Shown piece by piece: positions 31,198 through 40,604 of a stretch of 64,000 nt of DNA. The notes beneath the pieces are model-generated. The model worked only from the letters and a program-made list of their open reading frames with translations. It was not told the origin of the DNA and ran no database searches. This stretch comes from an uncultured Verrucomicrobiae bacterium (GTDB taxonomy: Bacteria > Verrucomicrobiota > Verrucomicrobiia > Chthoniobacterales > Terrimicrobiaceae): assembly GCA_963706955.1 (NCBI GenBank), contig CAVPOC010000003.1:480001-544000 (forward strand). The letters are read 5' to 3'. The position numbers were made by a program, and so were the translations under genes. Every line of letters starts with the position of its first letter. The stretch's first letter is position 1.

Positions 31198-32424
31198 TTG
31201 AGTTCAAATCCGAGTCGCTCAGCGCCCCGAGCAAACACAGGCTCCGCGTTTTTGAATCGCTTGAGCGACTTTTTTACGCGGATGCTGCAGCTCGAGCGCC
31301 GCTTCGATCCGTTTATCCGTCCCGCTTTCGACGCTCTCTTACGCGATCCGATTGCCGAGATGACGACGGCACTTATTAACCGTAAGCGGCCAAACGACGG
31401 CCTGAAGATCGCCGAGGAAAAGACAATGCCTGGCGAAGAGGAATACCTCGACTCGATCGTTTCAAGCTTCACCAAGCAGATGCATCTGCTGTGGAAATCG
31501 GGAGCGTTCGAGCGAGGTGGCAATACCAAGACACATGGAATCGTGCGGGGTGAATTTATCGTTCACCAAGACCTTCCGCCAGCGCTGCGGCACGGCATTT
31601 ACGCTGAGCCGAAAACTTATCGCGCCTGGGTGCGCTTCTCCGGTCCAGGACCCTACATCACTCCAGATATCGAAGATGTTGGTTTCATGAGCATCAGCAT
31701 CAAACTCATGGGAGTGCCCGGGCCGAAGCTAATGGACGATGAAAAGTTTACCCAGGATATGTTCGGCGTTTCCACACCAACTTTCGTGACCCCGGACACC
31801 AAAGCTAATGCCCAGTTGCAAATTGAGAGCGTAAAGAACGCACAAATCTTCTACTTTCTTAACTTTCGCCGGCCCCACGTGCTGGACCTGATCATGCAGT
31901 CCTTGTGGATCAAGACGCAGAGCAGTCCTTTGGAAGCTCCCTACTTCAGCTGCGTGCCCTATTTGCTCGGCGAAGGGCAGGCGATGCAATATTCAATTTG
32001 GCCGAAATCACGCCAAAAGACTCGCATTCCGCGGCTCCCTTTTCGACCTCCGGACGACTATTTGCGCGAGGCAATGATTGCTTCGCTGGCCAAAGGCGAT
32101 GTCGAACTCGATGTGCGTTTGCAGCTGCAAACCGATCCGCATCTCATGCCGATCGAGAACAATGCTGTGCTCTGGCCAGAAAGGCTTTCTCCGCGTGTTT
32201 CCGCAGCTACTTTACGCCTGCCGAGGCAGAAGTTTGACTCTCCGTCGCAAATGGAATTCGCTAAACGCCTCTCCTACAATCCTTGGCATTGTCTTCCGGA
32301 ACATCGCCCGTTGGGGAACCAAAGCCGAGCGCGCCACCGCATGTATTCGGAACTATCGCGCCTCCGCCAAAGGATGAACGCTGTTTCCCACTACGAACCC
32401 ACGGGCGAGGAGGTTTTCGAGTAG
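31198..32424 (+). CDS. Catalase-like (tyrosine-ligated heme) protein
   Basis: KTHGIVRGEF, AWVRFS and SYNPWH motifs; proximal RARHRMY segment. Confidence 0.85.
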   Translation: MSSNPSRSAPRANTGSAFLNRLSDFFTRMLQLERRFDPFIRPAFDALLRDPIAEMTTALINRKRPNDGLKIAEEKTMPGEEEYLDSIVSSFTKQMHLLWKSGAFERGGNTKTHGIVRGEFIVHQDLPPALRHGIYAEPKTYRAWVRFSGPGPYITPDIEDVGFMSISIKLMGVPGPKLMDDEKFTQDMFGVSTPTFVTPDTKANAQLQIESVKNAQIFYFLNFRRPHVLDLIMQSLWIKTQSSPLEAPYFSCVPYLLGEGQAMQYSIWPKSRQKTRIPRLPFRPPDDYLREAMIASLAKGDVELDVRLQLQTDPHLMPIENNAVLWPERLSPRVSAATLRLPRQKFDSPSQMEFAKRLSYNPWHCLPEHRPLGNQSRARHRMYSELSRLRQRMNAVSHYEPTGEEVFE

Positions 32425-32429
32425 AATTC

Positions 32430-33731
32430 ATGACCCCGCAGTCAAGCTTCCTGGTTTTGGCCGCGATCACGCCAGAGCGTGAGGCAGAGCTTCGAGAGCT
32501 GCTCGACTCCATGAATGATGCTCCCGGACGCGTGAACCCGAACAATGCGCTGATCGCTTTTGCCGAATTCAGCATGATCCATGTCGCACGCTTGCTCATT
32601 CTGAAAGATAATTCTCTGGACGACATAAAAGTGTATGGCCTGCCACGGCGCGACTATCCGCTCTACCTCGCTTTTCTCGGCAACATCGACGGGGAACGGG
32701 ATGCGTTCTATGAGGAATTGGCTCGACGCGCTCCAAATGGATTGCGCGCACTCTTTTCGTGCTGCGACGACTTCACGTCGGAAACTCGCCTGGTCGAATG
32801 GATGAAAAGGCACAGCCGCTCTTCCGTCGCCGGGTATACAAATTGGGTCGGGCGCACCGTCACTCGCGTCCGCGAGGAAGCCACTTTGCATGAGAGCATC
32901 GACCGTTTTCTGCAGAGCAATGCGCGTTCCTTCGCGAGTCTGCAAGCACAGGAGATCCACACCGCCGTGCAGAGCTTTGTCGCCGGTGAAAGAGCCGCCG
33001 GTCGCCTCGAGCTCTCCGCGGAGGCTCCCACGCCTCTCGGCTGGCGCCTCCGCAATTTGCTGCACAAGGCTGGACTCCCCTTGCTGGCACTCCTCTTACT
33101 GCCAGTCCTCATCCCGGTTGGACTGATCTTCGCTGTTCGCCTTCGACGGATGGAGAAAACCGATCCGGAGCTCTGCTTCCGGATTGACCAGGAATACGCC
33201 GATGTGCTGGCGCGCTTGGAAGATCACGACGTCACTAATCAATTTACCGCCATGGGAAGCCTAAAACCAGGGACGGTGCGACTTTGGACGGCGACCGCTG
33301 TGCTCCGGACAGTCGACTACGCCGCCCGTCACATCTTCAATCGTGGGCGATTGGCACGGATACGCACCATTCACTTTGCCCGCTGGGTCTTCCTCGATGA
33401 CAAGAAGCGAATGGTCTTTTTCAGTGATTACGATGGAAGCTTCGAAAGCTACATGGACGACTTTATCAACAAATCAGGGTTTGGATTGAATGTAGTCTTC
33501 AGCAACGGGATCGGCTATCCGCGGACCAATTGGCTCATCTTCGATGGATGTGCCGACGAACTGAAATACAAAGAATTCCTGCGCCGCCACACCTTGCCCA
33601 CGCAAGTTTGGTACAAGGCCTATCCGGGATTAACTGCCGCCGATCTGGAAAGAAACACTCGACTCCGAAGGGGTCTGGAATCCTCGAGACTCAACGATGC
33701 GGAGGCTCGCGCGTGGGTGGGACTTTTATGA
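32430..33731 (+). CDS. Hypothetical membrane-associated protein of the peroxidase operon
   Basis: Internal repeat IHVARL / IHFARW, SDYDGSFESYMDDFI segment and one central hydrophobic helix. ATGA overlap with the DyP gene. Confidence 0.75.
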   Translation: MTPQSSFLVLAAITPEREAELRELLDSMNDAPGRVNPNNALIAFAEFSMIHVARLLILKDNSLDDIKVYGLPRRDYPLYLAFLGNIDGERDAFYEELARRAPNGLRALFSCCDDFTSETRLVEWMKRHSRSSVAGYTNWVGRTVTRVREEATLHESIDRFLQSNARSFASLQAQEIHTAVQSFVAGERAAGRLELSAEAPTPLGWRLRNLLHKAGLPLLALLLLPVLIPVGLIFAVRLRRMEKTDPELCFRIDQEYADVLARLEDHDVTNQFTAMGSLKPGTVRLWTATAVLRTVDYAARHIFNRGRLARIRTIHFARWVFLDDKKRMVFFSDYDGSFESYMDDFINKSGFGLNVVFSNGIGYPRTNWLIFDGCADELKYKEFLRRHTLPTQVWYKAYPGLTAADLERNTRLRRGLESSRLNDAEARAWVGLL

Positions 33732-35266
33732 AGAGTGCAGTGGATTTTGACGACGTGCAAGGGATTGTCCGATTCGGCTATGGGCGGCTGAAGGGAGCTT
33801 CCTACGCGCTGGCGCGAATCAAAAATTTGGAAGCGGCGCGTTCCTGGCTGCTCTCCGCACCCGTCTCCACCGCGATTGAAAGAAATCCGCCACCAGCGAC
33901 CGCCCTGCAAGTTGCCTTTACCGTCGAAGGACTCAGCGCCTTGCACGTGCCCGACGCGGTCATCGGAGCCTTTTCCCACGAGTTTGTCTCCGGAATGACG
34001 CAGGAGAGCCGCTCGCGGAGGCTAGGCGACTTGGAGGCCAACTCTCCATCGAATTGGGCCTGGGGCTCCGGCGCCAAGGTGCCCCATCTCCTCGTAATGT
34101 TCTTTGCGCCACCAGAGCGCCTCGCTGCCTTCAAGGAAAGTAGCACCGGAGCGCTCTGGAACGATGCCTTTGAGGTGAGCTGGCTTTACAGCGCTGACCT
34201 CGATGGCATCGAGCCATTTGGATTCGTCGATGGTGTCAGCCAGCCGAAGGTCGATTGGGAGCAGCAACGCAATATGCTGGAAGGGCAAATCGACTATGGA
34301 AACGTAGTCGCTTTGGGCGAGTTTCTGCTGGGATATCGAAACGAATACGGCAAATACACCGATCGCCCTCTGGTCGATTCCGATGCGGCCACCGCGGAGC
34401 TGCTCGACGCAGAAGACGCGCCTGAGAAGAAAGATATTGGACGCAACGGGACATATCTCGTCATGCGCGACTTGCAGCAGGACGTTCGGCGCTTCTGGCA
34501 GTTCCTCAACAAGCACGCGCACGGCGATCTCGCATTCATGGAACGGCTTGCCACCGCGATGGTGGGTCGCACGCGAACCGGCGATCCGCTAGTGCCGATT
34601 CAACAGGAGCCGATCTCTGGCATCGGACCGGATGCTGATGAGGTCCGGCAGAATCGATTCACCTTTGAGAGCGATCCTGAAGGTGTATCTTGCCCATTTG
34701 GTGCGCATGTGCGGCGCGCCAATCCACGCAATACCGATTATCCGGGGCGTCCTGCCACCCTCCTCTCGAAAGTTGTGACGATGCTCGGATTTGGTCCCAA
34801 AGGTTTCCGTGACGATCTGATCTCTTCTGTTCGCTACCATCGCATCCTGCGGCGCGGTCGCGAATATGGACCCGGTCTCTCTCCCGAGGACGCCCTCGGA
34901 CCCGCGCCGCCGAACGAACCCAGCCGGGGATTGCACTTCATTTGCCTGAACGCGAACATCCTTCGCCAGTTCGAATTCTTGCAGAACGCCTGGATAGCAA
35001 ACACCAAATTTGCCGCCATGAGCGGCGAAAGCGACCCTCTCCTGGGAAATCGTGAAGCCATTTGGGGCTGTCCGCTCACCACTGATTTCAACATTCCAAA
35101 AGGTGATGGCGTGCGACAGCGCGTTAGCGGACTTGAACAATTCGTCACCCTCCGAGGCGGGGCTTATTTCTTCCTGCCAAGCCTTCGCGTGCTTCGCTAC
35201 TTCGCCCAAGCCGGCGCTCCCAAGCGAAAAGCTGATATCTTCCGTCCAGGCGATGCGGCTTCCTAA
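33728..35266 (+). CDS. DyP-type peroxidase
   Basis: EPFGFVDG (GxxDG), proximal CPFGAHVRRANPR and distal ILRRGREYG. Confidence 0.92.
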   Translation: MKSAVDFDDVQGIVRFGYGRLKGASYALARIKNLEAARSWLLSAPVSTAIERNPPPATALQVAFTVEGLSALHVPDAVIGAFSHEFVSGMTQESRSRRLGDLEANSPSNWAWGSGAKVPHLLVMFFAPPERLAAFKESSTGALWNDAFEVSWLYSADLDGIEPFGFVDGVSQPKVDWEQQRNMLEGQIDYGNVVALGEFLLGYRNEYGKYTDRPLVDSDAATAELLDAEDAPEKKDIGRNGTYLVMRDLQQDVRRFWQFLNKHAHGDLAFMERLATAMVGRTRTGDPLVPIQQEPISGIGPDADEVRQNRFTFESDPEGVSCPFGAHVRRANPRNTDYPGRPATLLSKVVTMLGFGPKGFRDDLISSVRYHRILRRGREYGPGLSPEDALGPAPPNEPSRGLHFICLNANILRQFEFLQNAWIANTKFAAMSGESDPLLGNREAIWGCPLTTDFNIPKGDGVRQRVSGLEQFVTLRGGAYFFLPSLRVLRYFAQAGAPKRKADIFRPGDAAS

Positions 35267-35339
35267 CCGTGTAGACTCCAGCGCAGCATGGTGTCGTTCG
35301 TAGCCTAGGAGCGAGCAAGCGACAAAGAGTTATGACCAA

Positions 35340-35987
35340 TCAGGGTGGCTCTCTTCCGTTCAAGTCGACCCAATTGAGAGCAAAATGCCTCATCTCTGCG
35401 GAACTCTTAAAGCCGAACTTCCGTCCGATATGTCTGCGATGGGTCTCGATGGTTTTCGGGCTGATCTCCAGTTCCGATGCGATTTCTCTCATTCCCAATC
35501 CTCGTCCGAACAACTCGAGCACTTCCAATTCTCTCGGTGAGAGTCGGCTTTCCAATGAATTACTCCGTTCGTTCTTAGACAGAATTGACTGACGGAGCAG
35601 CTGTTCACGAAACCGTGGGCTGACATAGATCCCTCCCTGCAATACTTTACGCAAAGCTTCAAGAACGTCGTCGAGAGCCTGGTACTTGGTAAGATATCCC
35701 AAGGCACCTGCGCGAAGCGCCCGCAACGCGTAGTGCTCTTCGTCATACATCGAGAGCACCAAAATGGGCAACTTGGGTAGTTCCGCCTTTACGATCTTGA
35801 TCAACTCGATTCCGTTAATTCCAGGCAGGGAGATATCGACAATGGCTGCATCAGGCGGGCACATCCGCATCATCCGAAGAGCACCCGGCGATGAAGACGC
35901 TTCGCAGCAACTAGCCAGATCTTGTTCAGCGTTGATAAGATCGGCCAACCCGAGGCGGAACAGGGGATGATCATCGACAATCATCAC
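35340..35987 (-). CDS. NarL/LuxR-family response regulator (no cognate kinase adjacent)
   Basis: IVDDHPLFR and VDISLP receiver motifs; LSPRELEV...ISPKTIETHR HTH. Confidence 0.92.
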   Translation of the reverse strand: MMIVDDHPLFRLGLADLINAEQDLASCCEASSSPGALRMMRMCPPDAAIVDISLPGINGIELIKIVKAELPKLPILVLSMYDEEHYALRALRAGALGYLTKYQALDDVLEALRKVLQGGIYVSPRFREQLLRQSILSKNERSNSLESRLSPRELEVLELFGRGLGMREIASELEISPKTIETHRRHIGRKFGFKSSAEMRHFALNWVDLNGREPP

Positions 35988-36330
35988 TTTGCTCCTTCGA
36001 CGTTCGGCCGGTTGTCTAGGTTCGGTTTTCGTTGCAGCGAAAAAAGTAAGATGCTGTGCAGCAACATACGTGCAACCCCCGAGAGAACAATCTGATTAAC
36101 CCTGACATGTGGCTCCACCAAGGTTGGCCCTCCGTGGCGAGCACTCAGGTGCAGTAGACGGGTAGTGTTGCCCACCGTAGATGAGCGCTTCGGTTCTCCA
36201 AGACCAGCGACACTATTGATAATGGGCCTGCCAGATGGAGAATTTGCGTTCCGCTCCGACTGCAAGCACGGAGACGCGCTTGCAGTGCCCCCTCGACAAG
36301 AGCGTTGTCGGCCGGTAAAAAAGCCGGTTC

Positions 36331-36798
36331 ATGAAGACCAGACCGATTACACGGCTTGCGGCAGGGCTTTGCCTTGTTCTTCTTCTGGGTCGTCCTTCGC
36401 TGCGCGCAGACGAAAGTTCTACTAGATCTTCCTCCTACGACGCGGTCGCGGCGGCGCCTGACAATCACCGCGTCGTCTTCGAAAATGAAAAGGTCAGGGT
36501 TCTCGAAGTCACTATAAATCCGGGCGAGAAGGAACCGTTCCACGAGCATCCGCTTTTTAGTGTGATGACCATAATCACGGGCGCGCCCCTCCGCATCACT
36601 TCGGGAACCTTGCAGGACGGACAGATCGTCACCGGAAAAACGATTGAAGTTGGCAAGGACAATTTTCAACCTCCGCCGCTGTGGATGCCTCCTCAAGGCT
36701 TGCACTCGGCGGAGAATGTCGGGACGGCGGTTTTTCGCGCGTACCGCATCGAGCTGAAAGAGGGCGAAAAATCCAGCGACATAAGGCCGTCAATTTAA
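36331..36798 (+). CDS. Exported cupin-domain protein
   Basis: Signal peptide, FENEKVRVLE, PFHEHP and HSAENVG motifs. Confidence 0.8.
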   Translation: MKTRPITRLAAGLCLVLLLGRPSLRADESSTRSSSYDAVAAAPDNHRVVFENEKVRVLEVTINPGEKEPFHEHPLFSVMTIITGAPLRITSGTLQDGQIVTGKTIEVGKDNFQPPPLWMPPQGLHSAENVGTAVFRAYRIELKEGEKSSDIRPSI

Positions 36799-37047
36799 TG
36801 CACCTGTCCGAACCCATCGGAGAGGAAAGTCCGTTGAGCCGCTCAAACGTATTTCGGAAAACCAAGTGGTTCGAAGTCCTGAAAACTACTAGACGCAGTC
36901 AAGTTGCTGTAATGAAACTCGGGCCGGGACAATCCACCGGCGAGCAAGCAGCAGAATGCACCCAAATTTACCAACAGAAGCGATCGGCCGGCGGTAACTT
37001 TCAACGTGTATTCGCCACCCGAGTACCCACCCGACACGAAAGGCTAG
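36798..37047 (+). pseudogene. Cupin remnant with internal deletion
   Basis: N-terminus RSQVAVMKLGPGQSTG joined out of frame to the C-terminus FTNRSDRPAVTFNVYSPPEYPPDTKG*; the cupin core is missing. Confidence 0.65.
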
Positions 37048-38094
37048 GAACGCCTTCTCCGGTATCCACGCGCGTTCCGGTGACTTCCAGTCAAGCTGCC
37101 ATCGCCGCGGACACGAAAATTTGCACCGCAAAGACGCGGTGCCCTACGGCGAATTCAGGAATACGCCCGATATGCAGAACTCAACGGCTCCAGTAAAGGG
37201 ATAGTCTCTACGACGAACAAGTAGGTAGTCCAGCTCGCCCTGGGCCTACGCTGGGCGGGCTGCCAAGTCCCATTATTTCAACGCGGACAAGGCAGTCCGC
37301 TCCTGTCGTTTACTGCGGAATTCTCCGTTGTGGGCTTAACGACGCGCAATAGAACGCTTTCGAAGAGGATTTGCTATTCACAGTGGAGCTGCTTCCATGA
37401 GGGGGAGCTGCGTTTGCAAGCAAACCTGGTAGAATAATCGGGCCTACGGTAGCGCACAATCCGTCGCCCATGGGCATCGGCGGGAAGATCGACGAGGAAT
37501 GAGGCCCAGGAAGGCGGTGCGTTTAGCTAAGCCAAGCCTGGGTCTTGCAGACGCGTATAGAGAATTCAGGGCGGACCCCGATTTCCCCCTATTTACCGGC
37601 TGTGCTAAGCGAGACTTTGTCATACGCCATGGCGGGCTGCTGAGCCACTATCATGACCTCTACCATCATGACACAGCAGTCCCGCTTTTTTTTGGTTATC
37701 TATCCGGCTGTATCGAAGGTCGCGTATCGCTGTCAACGAGTCTGGATCAGCCGCAAAGGTCCTACCAAACGTAAACACTCTTAGCTGGTAGGCTTCAGTC
37801 GGGGTTTCCGCTGATTTCCTGCGTTCTCTAAGTCGTGCCATCCGGCAGCCTGACATAGAGCGGCGGCTTCCTCGTCAGGCCGCAGTTCATACCACCGCCC
37901 GCTCTCCACCCAAAAGCAGCGGCGGTGTCCCGAACGTCGAAAAAGCGACCCCGTGGGAAACGGCCGCAACATACCTATAATTTGATCTTTTCTGCCGACT
38001 GCAGGAGAGTATTGGATGGAGCGAAGTCTAGTAAACCTGGAAACTATGGTGGCACTACACGACTCGAAGAATAGAGTTTGCCACGCACGGTTCG

Positions 38095-38192
38095 GATGGG
38101 CAACAGCATTTGTCGCGGAGACCTATGGATGGCTAAAAGGTAGGCCTGCTGTCTGCGTCAGTGCACTTGGCCCGGGCGCGTTCAACTTCTGC
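38095..38192 (+). pseudogene. Fragment of acetolactate-synthase-like ThDP enzyme N-terminal domain
   Basis: ATAFVAETYGWLKGRPAVCVSALGPGAFNF resembles the conserved AAFMA..YGRLTG.PGVC..T.GPGA.N segment. Confidence 0.65.
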
Positions 38193-38419
38193 TTCATCTC
38201 AAAGCCTCTCTCTAGCGGCGGTGCCCCGCCCAGGGCGCGCCCAGGAGGGCGCAGTGCCGGAGGCCTCTGACCTTCGGAATTGGGCCGCTACACGGCCTTC
38301 GGCGATGAGGACCCCCGCAAAGCTGGCGCGTAGCGCCTGCCGGGCGTGGTATTGCCGCTCTAAAAACCCACCGACGATAGGACATCGATACCCAGAAAGA
38401 TCTCGCAGGCTGAGTTTAG

Positions 38420-40219
38420 CTAAGTGGTCAGTTTTGCGCGCAGGTGATCTGCCAACCGGATCGCTAATGCGGCAAGAGTAAGGGTAGGATTCGCCGCGGG
38501 AGAAGTTGGAAACACCGAAAGATCGCAGGCATAAATACCCTGATGCCCCAAGAAACGGAGGTTTTCATTCACCACGCCCTCTTGGATTCCGTGCTTGTCC
38601 ACATGCTTTCCCTTGGTCCGTTCCATGCGCAACGTGCCGACCTCGTGCGCGACACCGCCGACGCTACCGAAGCCCTGTTTGATGATTTCACCGCCGAGAC
38701 CATCTACCACCAACTTGTTCACCAGCGCCTCTAGCTCGTTTTCCTGTTGCTCAGTCACGGGCACGCGTCGCGCGGAGACTTGCGCATGCTGATCGTCCGT
38801 GGCGATCTGCAGAAAGTTACCCTCCTGAAGCTCGGCGTTGAGCAGGAACACAATTTCGCCTAAGACCCACTCTCCGCGGCTCTGGATAAGGTCGTCCAGG
38901 ATGTTGTCATCCAGATAGCGTCCCTGGTTTAGATCCGCATTGATCTCTAGCAAAATATTGTAAGGTGGGCGCAGCTGGCCTTCCCGTTCGCGAGGTTGCG
39001 AAAGCGTTTTTGCGCTCGTGAAGGGATCGAAAAACTCAGACTGTCGCGGAATCTTGAAGTGCGAGAAATGCACCGGGTGATCGGTAAGGCCCTTGCCGAT
39101 CAGAGCATTGGGCTGCAATCCGCTGCGTAGCGCCAGGCGGGCGCTTTCCAGCGTGCCCGCGGCGAGGACTGCAAATTTCGCCCGATACGTGCGCACTTCA
39201 TCGGTTTTCAAATCCCGCGCCTGGACGGCCACGCCGCTGGCGGTCTCCGAGACGCCTTCCACCATGTAATTTAAATTTACCTGCAAGCGTCCGTCGCGCC
39301 CTCCGGTGAGGCTGGATTCCATAAGTAAATCGGCGGTGGAAAAGACTCCCGAGGCCACCGTATTGGAATCAACGGGATTTTGCCGCGCGGATACCGGCGC
39401 ATCCATATGATTCAACTCTGGCAGAGTAGTGCGCAAAAACTTGAGGATGCTGCGCACATACAAGGTCCGAGGCTGTGTCGAACGCCCCAAGACATCCTCC
39501 GCTCGCTGGTAATAGACGTCCTCGAGTGCCCACTTCACATCCTGGCCCCAGAAATCCAATTCCCACGAAGTCATTCTCGGGATGAAGGCGCCCCAAAAGA
39601 GCGAGCGTCCGCCCAAATTGAAACCGTAGGCGCCGTCGTAGTCGTTATTAGCTAATTTCTCGTATTGCTTGGACTGAAAGTCGCCCCAAAGCTCCCAGAT
39701 ATGCTTGATCACCTGGTTGCGATCAAGTCGATGACGCCGGGGGAGATTTGCCACGTGCGTAGGGAAGAGCAAACCGCCCGCTTCCAACACCAATACTCGA
39801 AAGCCAAGATCGGAGACCTCGTCCGCCAGAATCCCGCCGCCAATTCCTGAACCAACTATGATCACATCGTAGGGCTGATCGGTTGGGGCGACTGCGGGCT
39901 CGAAATAGCGCCTCTGCAGCTGTCCATATTCGCGCACCGGTCCACGCCGCTCATCGAAGACGACCGCATCGGACAAAATGTCATGCGTTTCGCCTTCCCC
40001 GACCGTCAAAGTGAGGTTTGGATCGTTCATCCAAATCGCGCCATTGAGCACCAGTTTCGCCTCCCACGTGCCGACAAAAGTCTCCGCCGGCAGCTCGAAC
40101 GTCCAGCCGTCCCTTTCGTAGCGGCCGGGCAAATCTTTCCAGTCATTGCGCTCAGTGCGCAACGTGATCTCTGCTATGGGCGGAATCCAGTAGCTGGTCT
40201 TGTAGCGCAGAAGAATCAT
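38420..40219 (-). CDS. GMC-family oxidoreductase with N-terminal beta-rich (CBM-like) domain
   Basis: DVIIVGSGIGGG FAD motif, LGGRSLFWG, HEVGTLRM and CDLSVFPTSPAANPTLT; about 90-aa Trp-rich N-terminal extension. Confidence 0.88.
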   Translation of the reverse strand: MILLRYKTSYWIPPIAEITLRTERNDWKDLPGRYERDGWTFELPAETFVGTWEAKLVLNGAIWMNDPNLTLTVGEGETHDILSDAVVFDERRGPVREYGQLQRRYFEPAVAPTDQPYDVIIVGSGIGGGILADEVSDLGFRVLVLEAGGLLFPTHVANLPRRHRLDRNQVIKHIWELWGDFQSKQYEKLANNDYDGAYGFNLGGRSLFWGAFIPRMTSWELDFWGQDVKWALEDVYYQRAEDVLGRSTQPRTLYVRSILKFLRTTLPELNHMDAPVSARQNPVDSNTVASGVFSTADLLMESSLTGGRDGRLQVNLNYMVEGVSETASGVAVQARDLKTDEVRTYRAKFAVLAAGTLESARLALRSGLQPNALIGKGLTDHPVHFSHFKIPRQSEFFDPFTSAKTLSQPREREGQLRPPYNILLEINADLNQGRYLDDNILDDLIQSRGEWVLGEIVFLLNAELQEGNFLQIATDDQHAQVSARRVPVTEQQENELEALVNKLVVDGLGGEIIKQGFGSVGGVAHEVGTLRMERTKGKHVDKHGIQEGVVNENLRFLGHQGIYACDLSVFPTSPAANPTLTLAALAIRLADHLRAKLTT

Positions 40220-40604
40220 GCACCTTGAACTGCCCAGAAGAATGGCCCCTCGCGCAGCACATGTCGATTTTTGATTTAGACGTGCCGAGCGAAAATCCTG
40301 TCAGAGCGATCGCGATGATTCCGCACCCCCGGCTGCACGCTAGAACCGACTTAATCGCCTCTCTTTCCGTCATCTCGATGGGATTTTTGTCCTCTCAAAT
40401 TTTCATCTGCGTCCGCCCCTACAACTCGTCCAGTTCGGCTAGATAGTTTCGTTAATCTTGCCGTAACGAACGAGAAAACCACATCTCACTTACCTAGAAT
40501 TGGTTGCAAATTAAGGCTCGCTCGCTTGATGGGTGGCACCGCACTCGGGCAATCAAATCGCGAAACTCGGCACTGCAAATGCCTTTGTTCTCTGATGAGG
40601 TCCT

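Noticed and set aside
37499..37972. Short ORFs in the eroded zone (also 48134-48573) as possible extra components of the TIR locus
   Set aside because: No recognisable motifs or ribosome-binding sites, and ORFs overlap on both strands.
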